In this document: positions 9,519-18,146 of the stretch, piece after piece
Numbering within the stretch: position 1 is the first letter of the stretch
Layout of the letters: every line of letters starts with the position of its first letter
Assembly (NCBI RefSeq): GCF_006345805.1
Contig: NW_021824559.1
Span: forward strand, 1 to 18,146
Direction of reading: 5' to 3'
Length of the DNA: 18,146 nucleotides
Source: Octopus sinensis
Taxonomy: Eukaryota
The notes under the pieces: model-generated
The model's database searches: none
Seen by the model: the letters and a program-made list of their open reading frames with translations, nothing else
What the model was told of the DNA's origin: nothing
Program-made: the position numbers and the translations under genes

Positions 9519-10025
9519 TTTTATATAAAAGAATGTGACAGAGAGCTGTTTCAGGCAGAATTCTTCATGGATGGACAAGATGTATTTATTATCATGGCAC
9601 CAGCACTATAAATGTTACTGTCTATCATATGAACCTCTCTTCTACCCAGTATCATTGCTATTCAGAATAATATCTCCTGTCTTGAATAGATAATTTCTCC
9701 TTCAAATTTTGATGACCGTGTTTGTATGGCCAACATTCGAGATGGATCACCTTCTCTACCATGGAGAGGTCGTGCCTTTGAGGACGGAAGGGGACGGAAT
9801 AGAGAATAGTGTTTGTTACATAATAATATAACTAAGGGTTACCATTGTGACTGGATCAGGAATGGTAATGGAGGATGGGTTGGTAGGTGAGAATTGCGAT
9901 ATAAACAATGTCTGTTTCTGTCTGTCTTTCTCTGTCTGTTTGTATATTTTACACACACACAGACGCACAAATGCACACAGCCATACACACACACACACAT
10001 AGTCACAAACAATGTGAAAACTTAC

Positions 10026-10238
10026 CTGATCTAACATGGTCATGTGCTCCACCTCAGAATGAAAGTTGTTTTTTCTTTTTAACGCCAGATGCAGGCAATT
10101 ATTTCCTCCATGTTCGACAACATTTACATTCGTGCCCCTGGCTATCAGCCGCTGCATTATTCCGAGGTGACCGTCCGAAACAGCTTCAAGCAATGGTGTC
10201 CTGTATTCTTTGTTCACAATTTCTAAATTCACTGAATC
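10026..10238 (-). CDS. Exon of Mind bomb-like ankyrin-repeat gene
   Basis: 213 nt, phase 0/0, acceptor ccacaaag, donor gtaag; DSVNLEIVNKEYRTPLLEAVSDGHLGIMQRLIARGTNVNVVEHGGNNCLHLAL...MLDQ has two ankyrin motifs 33 aa apart. Confidence 0.9.
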
Positions 10239-10692
10239 CTTTGTGGAGGTAAAAATGGAAAATGAAAATTTACATGAAAATCAGGGTTGATATCAATGTC
10301 ATTACAGTTTTCTACTGGGTACTAGATCAAACTGATCAAATACATTTGATGTTTGTCAGTGAAATAAATCTTCCATAAGGACCTTCTATAACCTGATACA
10401 TGTGTGTGTTAAAGACATGATAAACATATTAAGATGTCCTACATTTGCCCCTCACTATAGTAAGTTGTAGGGCAACAGAACTAGAGTAAACACATGATTA
10501 GCAGATCAAGTCAAGTAAAGAAGAATTATAATTTCTAATGTTTACTTTTGACGTTGCTACATTAATAAAGGGTTCATAAAACTGCTGAGCCGGTTAGCGT
10601 CCACATGCATAAAACTAATGCGCACGCACGCACGCACACACACATAAACATCAGTGTTACATATATAAATACATATAATGAATTGGGGAAAC

Positions 10693-11104
10693 GGAGTTCA
10701 CGAGAATATGCATCACAACGACCGTTTCGACCCATCTTGCAACGGTCGCTTGCGGGTGGGCTACTATACATGTTGTGTTGCAACCTCCAGTGCAGATGCA
10801 TCTCATCGGGTGCCTTCTTTTAATGTAAAGATACCTCACTAAATATATTCAGTTTCACTTGACATGTTGTTGCTAGGAGCTTCTTGGATAACAACATGAG
10901 AGACAACAGCCTTCTGGCAACAACAACATTCCAAGCGAACCCGAATATATTTACAGAGGTATCTTCTTTAAAAGAAGACACCCGATGACATGCATCTGCA
11001 CCGGAGGATGTACCACAACCAGTTATACAATATCCTACCTGCAAGGGACCGATACAAGATGGATTGAAACAATCGTTGCGATGAATAAAATTCTCATTAA
11101 CTCC
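10693..11104. repeat. Diverged foldback (~190-bp inverted arms, ~25-bp spacer) with hammerhead-like cores; possible Penelope-like relic
   Basis: 10693-10882 is the diverged reverse complement of 10908-11104; each arm has CCGATGA...GAAAC. Confidence 0.75.
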
Positions 11105-11323
11105 ATTTTCTGCTTCCCTCATTCATTATAAACTGAACGAACACTGCAGAATACATGAGGTAGATCCAGTGTCACTTATAGCTCAACTGTGGATGACATG
11201 AGGTAACCGAATCAGCGAAAGAGCTTTAAGGGGTATACTTCTAAATGTATACCCAAATTCCAAATAATTACAAATACATACACACGCACACACACTCACA
11301 CACACACACACACACACATACAG

Positions 11324-13212
11324 GGAAGATGATGCCTTGGACGGGAAGAATTACAGAAGTATCAAACTATTAGATGAAGCAATGAAAATTACAGAGAGGG
11401 TCACAGACAAAATAATTAGGATGTGTGTTAGACCAGAAGAGATGCAATTTGGTTTTGTGCCACAGCGAAGAACCTCTGATGCTATATTCCTGATAAGGCG
11501 GCTGCAGGAGAAGTACAAAGCCAAAGATAAACTCTTGTACTGGGCCTTTGTTAAACACGGAGAAAGGCTTTGACAGGATCCCTTGATCCCTTATTTGCTG
11601 GTCACTGCAAAAGCTAGGGATGGACGAATGGTTGGTGAGAGCGTTACAAGCCATGTACAGGGATGCTGTCAGTAAGGTGAGGTTTGGCATCGTGTGTAGC
11701 AATGAATTAGGGTACAAGTAGGGGTTCACCATGGATTAGTCCTTAGCTCCTTCCTGTTTATCAGAGTCCTCCAGGCAATAACAGAGGAATTTAAGATGAA
11801 CTGCTTCTAGGAGATCCCCAATGCTGATGACCTTGTTATCATAGCCGAATAACTTTCAGAACTAGGTAAATTTTAGGTATATCAGTAAGGACTAGAATCA
11901 ACGAGCCTTAAACTTCATCTAAAAAAAGCAATCTTAGTAAGTAGGAAAGCGGACAATTCACAAATCTCCTCAGGAAGATGGCACTGTTTGATCTGTAGAA
12001 AAAGCGTAGGTAGGAAGTTCATAAGATGTGCCCAGTGTAAGGTATGGACACATAAGTGTTGCAGCAATATCAGAGGAAGGTTAACGGGGATAATAGTTTT
12101 TCTGTGTGGAAGGTGCACAAGTACAATAAACAGCACAAATGTAGAGAAAATAGAGCCCATCAATTGCCAGGTAGGATAGCTACTGGGAGTTGATAGTTTC
12201 CGCTATCTAGGTGGCCAAGTCAGGAGTGAGGTTTGTTCTTCCTTGAGTGTAGCTGCAAGAATAAGAATAAGACGTGCAAAGTTCAGAGTGATCTTAACTC
12301 TAATGGTAACAAAGCGTCTCCCTGAGATTGAAAGCAGACGTTATGATGCCTGTGTGTAAACAACTATGTTACATGTCAGTTGAAACATGGGATGTGACCT
12401 CTCTGAGGACTTCCATAGGCTTGAAAGAAATGAAGCCAGTAGGCCTCGCTGGATGTAAAATGTCAGTGTGCATGTACGACAGAGTATGGGGGCCTTGAGA
12501 GAAAAGCTGAGCATTGAAGACATCAAATAGGGTGTGCAAGAGAGACGTCTGCGTTGGTATGGTCTTGCGATGTGTATGGACATGGCAGCTGTATCAAAAG
12601 TGCCGATCTCTAACTGTGGAAGGATCCTTTGGAAGACGGAGACCCAAGAAGACTTTCGATGAGTTGATGAAGAATGATCTCCAACCGTTGGACATCATAG
12701 AGGAGATGACAAGTGACCGAGAGCCCTGGTGATATTCTCTGCGGGAGAGGCCATGTCAGGCCAAGTGACGATAAGGATGTGGTCGTGCCAGTGTCCTATA
12801 AGTGGCAGCCGTGCATCATAGCCGTGGCTGTTCGCTTCCGGTGCCATGTCAATGACACCTGGGTATCATAGTTGTGGTCACCGATGGTGCCATGTAAATT
12901 GGCACCTGGGAATTATCGTCGTTGGTGGTGCCATTTAAATGGCAACCATCCGTGAATCGTAGTCGTGGCCATTGTCGGTGTCATGCAAGTGGCACCCGTG
13001 TCGGTGGCATCTGAAAGCACCAGTTACACACCTGGGGTGGTTAGCATTAGGAAGGACATCGAGCTGTAGAAACCATGCCAAATCAGACAGGAACGTGGGG
13101 CAGCTCACCGACTCATAATCTCCTGTCAAACCAGCCGACACATGCCAGTATGGTGAGTGGATGTTAAATGATGATAATGATGGTGATGATGATGATGATG
13201 ATGATGGTGATA
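11324..13212 (+). mobile_element. 5'-truncated degenerate RTE-clade LINE (RT with PHD insertion, C-terminus, 3' UTR)
   Basis: NYRSIKLL, QFGFVP.R.TSDAIF, KAFDR, GVHHG.VLS, NADDL (degenerate YADD, 11820), FRYLG, RRLRWYG, RRRPKKT; many stops and frameshifts; (GAT)n tail at ~13170-13212. Confidence 0.93.
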
Positions 13213-13392
13213 ATGCACAAATAGAGACATAGACATACACAAATATGAAAATAACAATCAAAACTATCATTGTTTAATATATATATATATATATATATAC
13301 ATGTGTATATTTAGGGCTAAAAACCACTATGTGGACAGCCATATGCTAGAAGAAGATCACATACGATCTAACCATAAATCCATTCATCTCCA

Positions 13393-13513
<121 letters not shown>

Positions 13514-15038
13514 TGTTTCTTTATTAGCCACACAGGGCTGCACACAGATAGAACAAATTACAAGGTAGAGCTTTTCTTTTGAAGGTTTAAAAAAAAAGGA
13601 AAAGGAAGGGGGAGTTTCGATCAAAAGGGATCGTAAAAGGAGAGAAAGAGGACAAAAAAAGGGGGGTTAAAAAAAGGGGGAGAGGAAAAAAAAATTTTTT
13701 TTTGATCAATACGGATCGTTATCACAGAAATGTCAATATGAAGTGTAAAGGGGAGGACAGGTGAGGTTTACCCGTGGAAAGAAAAGCCTACGGAAAAGAC
13801 CACGGTAACCTCGGTCAATGGAGTCACATGTTATATTTCTTTTTTCTTTTTTTTTTTTTGCAAATAAGCAACTCTCTGTTTTCAATTTCTGGGTTCATAG
13901 GATCATGCTCAAGGTGGCTTCGTCATTCATACGTGCCATTCTTGCTACATTCACCCATCTTTTTTTAAAACATTCGCTAGACAAAACTTGCCTCTCTACT
14001 CTCACTTTCCTTTTCAAGTGGTACTTGAGGAAGTTGATGAGAGATTGACCAGAGAGGAAAGTGTTTGTCTCCAATCCTTTCAGAGGCGTCCACCAGATAC
14101 ATTCTTTCGCCATAGCCACAAGGATGATGAAAATAGCTCTTCCTTCCCGTTTGAAGGAGGGAGGCGTGACAATATTAACGATAGACTCAGCTGATAAACC
14201 GACTCGTCCCACACGTGACAGCAGTTGTTTGACACAAGCCCACAGATCGGAAATTGTTGGACACTGCACGAGTGCGTGCAGAACGGTTTCGTCGCTCTGA
14301 CCGCATCTCGGGCAGGTCGGCCCCGTGTTTCTCGAGCCGTGTCTGTAAAGCTTATCCCGAACGGGTAGCGCTTCTCGGTAGCACTGCCAGGCCAGGGATC
14401 TCTGGAAGTTGTCCATGGGCCCTGGCCCGAAAGTCGTCCTGAACAGGCGGGTCAGGTACTCCTCGTCGACGTCCAGGTTCGCCCCGAGCTCGTCGTCGTA
14501 CCTCCCCTCCACTAAACCCCTATAGAATGCTTTGGTTGTGTTGAAGTCACTTAAGGTCGACCCAGGACGGCAGAGTTGCTTGAGAGCAACGCGACACTCG
14601 CGTGCCATTCGCCCTTCCTCGGCCTCTTTTTGATCCACGACTGCAGTTCGGTCATGGAGACGAGCTGCGGGAAAGCGTGCCTCACAAACGGCGACCACAC
14701 CTGTTCACCGTCGTCTACATAGAGCCAGAGATGTCGCAGTCTCAGCGCGTGTCTGCGCATCATCACCACGGCATGCCCAGCCTCCTTTTACGGGTGTTAC
14801 AGCAAATGGATCGCCTGACCATCGGGACGCATCCTTTCCACAAGAAGCGAAAGAGAATGCGTTGTAGTTTGGTGATGGTAGGGTCGGGACAAGGTACGAC
14901 GGTCAGGCGGTAGTAGATGACGGACACGATGTACGTGTTCGCCACCTCCGCCCGACCTTTTAGGGACAGTTTCCTCTCGGCCCATTGCCGGGCGAGAGTG
15001 ACCACCCTACTCGTTATCTCGTTCCAGTTCTTCTCAGC
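13514..15038 (-). mobile_element. 5'-truncated Tx1/L1-clade LINE (ORF2 C-terminus with zf-RVT, plus 3' UTR)
   Basis: NW......W..RKLSLKGRAEVAN...SVIYY, F.FLWKG, LGMP, LPVRDKL, CPRC..SDETVLHALVQC (~14261-14314); stop at 13895; AATAAA at 13525-13520; a few frameshifts. Confidence 0.92.
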
Positions 15039-15106
15039 TAGATAGATAGATAGATAAATAGATAGATAGGTAGATGATAGATAGATAGATAAATAGATAG
15101 ATAGAT

Positions 15107-15188
<82 letters not shown>

Positions 15189-15266
15189 AGGTAGATAGAA
15201 AGATAGACAGATAGATAGGTAGATAGATAGATAGATAAATAGATAGATAGATAGATAGATAGATAC

Positions 15267-15310
<44 letters not shown>

Positions 15311-15860
15311 AGGTAGATAGAAAGATAGACAGATAGATAGAAAGATAGATAGATAGATAGGTAGATAGATAAATAGATAGATAATAGACAGATAGACAGA
15401 GGAGAGCTAGAGAGACAGAAACAGGCATACAGCTAGACAGACAAGCAGACAGACAGACAGACAGACAGACATACATGAGATATAGATAGATAGCTAGATA
15501 GATAGATAGATATATAGATGATAGATAGAGAGATAGATAGATAATAGATAGATATATGATAGATAGATAGAATAGATAGATAGATAGTATAGCAAGATAG
15601 ACAGATAGATAGATAGATGAGGAATAGAAGATAGATAGATATATAGAGATTAGATAGAAAGATAGACAGATAGATAGAAAGATAGATAGATAGATAGATA
15701 GATAGGTAGATAGATAGATAGATAGATATATATAATAGATAGATCTATAGATAATAGATAGATAGAAGATAGACAGATAGATAGATAGATAGAATAGATA
15801 GATAGATAGATAGATATAGATAGATAGATAGATAGATAGAGTAGATAGATAGAGAGATAG

Positions 15861-15905
<45 letters not shown>

Positions 15906-15958
15906 TAGATAGATAGTTAGATAGAATAGATACAGATAGATAGAAGATAGATAGATAC

Positions 15959-15997
<39 letters not shown>
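15039..15997. repeat. ~960-bp imperfect (GATA)n/(GACA)n microsatellite
   Basis: Direct inspection. Confidence 0.98.
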
Positions 15998-15998
<1 letters not shown>

Positions 15999-16033
15999 GA
16001 AAGAAAGAATAGATACACACCATCCATATATAC

Positions 16034-16397
16034 ATGGTTGTAGTGTAAGGAACATTTTCCCAGCCATACACTCTTCCACGTTGAATCCCTCTGCATGGAA
16101 ACTCAGGCAAGTATATTCTACCCTTACCTAGGGCTGAACAAAATCTTATAAGCGGATTTGGGAAATGAAAACTGAAAGAAGCTTCATATCAGGAGTGTGT
16201 CTATGTGTGTGCCTATGTGTGTGTGTGTGAGTTATTGTTTGCATTTGTGTGTGTGTGTGTGTGTAGCGGTTCGGTAAAGAGGCTGAGAGGATAAGTGATA
16301 TGCTTAAAATTAAAGAAAGGACTGGGATCGATGCAGTTGACTGAAAATTCAAGGTGATGCCCCAGCATGGCCGCAGTCAAATGCCTGAAACAATTAA
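16034..16397 (+). mobile_element. Degenerate composite SINE with internal (GT)n
   Basis: tRNA-like head remnants (tagtgtaagg, ttgaatccc), then ggatttgg..gaaaactgaaagaagc and ccagcatggccgcagtc..ctgaaacaa, which I recall from octopus SINEs; not database-verified. Confidence 0.6.
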
Positions 16398-16684
16398 TAT
16401 ATATATATTCCTGATGTCTGTTATATTTTGGTTCATCTCATAATGACCTTGTTTCATTTGACCATTAAAGATATTATTATCAGTGGTGGTGGTCAGTTGG
16501 ACTGTCCACACCACTAATATCAACATCAACATGATCAATATACAATTCCTCCACAAACACAAGTGTTTTGTAGTACATGTGATTAAATCCATCCCCATTA
16601 TTTCACTGGTACCTTGATAATATTTATATTATACAGATCAATAAAATGCTGGAGATTGTATATAATATGTATTTATTAACTAAC

Positions 16685-16721
16685 CTGGTTCAGCAAGAGA
16701 GACACCAATTTATAATCTCGC
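16685..16721 (-). CDS. 37-nt exon of Mind bomb-like ankyrin gene ((R)RDYKLVSLLLNQ)
   Basis: Acceptor ttactttcag, donor gttagt; phases 2/0 join the neighbouring exons in frame and give a 34-aa TPLH-to-TPLL ankyrin spacing. Confidence 0.85.
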
Positions 16722-17039
16722 CTGAAAGTAATGGATGAGGAAAGAAAAACATGAAAAAAAAGCAAACATCACACAGCTTGAGATAATAGTTATTAGGTCA
16801 TTAAAGAAAACAAATGTAATTAGGTCACAATAACTTAATTACAGCAATTATTACACACATACTCACACACACACATATATTTATTCAATACACACTCTAC
16901 ACAGTAGAACAATGATATATACACACCTGAGTAAACCCAGAAATGTAAAGACAGGAAAAATACTGCTAAGAATTCTCACAGCTCATATAAACATGAAATT
17001 TACAAAGAAAAGAAGGGCTACAGGTAATCATATGAACAC

Positions 17040-17140
17040 CAGTACATGACTGGTATTGTATTCTATCAACCTTGCAAAGATGGAAGGAGAATTTGACCTT
17101 GGCAGGATTTGAACTCTGAACGTAAAGAGTCGTAAATAAA
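17040..17140 (-). mobile_element. tRNA-derived SINE fragment (a more degenerate copy lies at ~17225-17310)
   Basis: B-box-like GAGTTCAAATCC on the minus strand; shared actggta...attctatcaacc...ggatttgaac backbone in both copies. Confidence 0.55.
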
Positions 17141-17679
17141 ATAACACAATTTATTTTCTCTAAAAGAAATAAGAAACAAGAACTGGAGAAAAGAAGGAAG
17201 ACAGTTTATTAAAGGAACCCCTGGGTATTACTGGTACAGATTATATTGACCCCAGAGTGATAGTAAATATTCTGGTAGGATTTGAACATGGAACATAAAG
17301 AGATAAATGTAAATACTGTAAGGGGATGATTCTGTATTTAGCCCAGGGTCGGAGTAAATAGGGAAACTACAAAGGAGAGAGAGTGAGGAAGAAAGAGAGA
17401 AAGTAGTTCTAGATGGGAGGAAAGGAAGAAGAGAGAGGATTTGAACCTGTGACGTTGAAGAAATGGAGAACGAGATGAAGTAAAGTGTCCAATCAGGCAA
17501 CAACAATAACAATTATGGTGATGATTAATTAATAAAGTAGGTTACAGTGCGAAAGAGAGAAAAAAGACAATGACCCCATGGTGGGATTATGACATGAATG
17601 ACTGAATGAAAAAGAAATAAACATTATTGAAAACATAAAAGAAACAGATTTGGATATTCCAGATCCAATGGGGACTTAC

Positions 17680-17834
17680 CGCTGAACTGCCATATGCAGT
17701 GGTGTGTCTCCATTGTTGGCAACCACATTGGCATCGATGCCATTGTGACCCAACAAAATGTCGACAGTGCGCAAGTATCCTAACGAACAGGCCCAGTGCA
17801 GCGGTGTTTGACCATCTTCATTTCGAGGATTAAC
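17680..17834 (-). CDS. Exon of Mind bomb-like ankyrin gene
   Basis: Acceptor tcttttctttttcag, donor gtaagt; VNPRNEDGQTPLHWACSLGYLRTVDILLGHNGIDANVVANNGDTPLHMAVQ has two TPLH motifs 34 aa apart. Not in the ORF track. Confidence 0.92.
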
Positions 17835-18146
17835 CTGAAAAAGAAAAGAATAAAAACATTAAAAATGGTGTCTGAAAGGGGAGTCGGGTGGTGAAGAATT
17901 AAAAGAAAAACTCACAGAAAAAGAGAAGAGAAGGAATGAAATTAATTAAACAGGTGGAATGATTGGGGTGGGGAGTAGGTAATAGTGATTTCCATTGTAT
18001 ATACACACACGTGTATACACACATACATACATATGTACATATAAATATATTTATACACACACACACAAACACACGCATATAGGATGAATAACTCAATAAA
18101 TAAACACATAGAGCAGCAAAATGTGTGTGTGTGTGTGTGTGTGTGT

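Noticed and set aside
12785-13025. CRISPR-like palindrome/spacer pattern
   Set aside because: Eukaryotic LINE 3' UTR; repeats are degenerate, spacers irregular and partly related, no cas genes.
14763-16079. 438-aa ORF
   Set aside because: Mostly YLSI translation of (TATC)n; only the last ~90 aa are real Tx1 ORF2 sequence.

Overview
Eukaryotic, repeat-rich genomic DNA. SINE and LINE tail sequences resemble coleoid cephalopod (Octopus-like) repeats as I recall them; the organism is inferred, not checked. Four minus-strand exons (17680-17834, 16685-16721, 10026-10238, 6436-6609) splice into the ankyrin-repeat region of a Mind bomb (MIB1/MIB2)-like gene; the last exon has four frameshifts. The introns hold two RTE-type LINE relics (one with a PHD finger inside RT), a 5'-truncated Tx1/L1-type LINE embedded in (GATA)n, Helitron-like ends, SINEs and a foldback with hammerhead-like cores. 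The most notable object is a young, complete 4.35-kb minus-strand Ty3/Gypsy-type LTR element (912-5262). It has near-identical ~1.16-kb LTRs, a tRNA-Leu PBS, a PPT and an ATAT target-site duplication. Its ~2-kb interior is one uninterrupted 637-codon ORF lacking RT catalytic, RNase H and integrase motifs, in which the RT N-terminus is fused in frame to the RT thumb. It inserted into one arm of a foldback element, about 800 bp from the end of a related LTR at 1-98.
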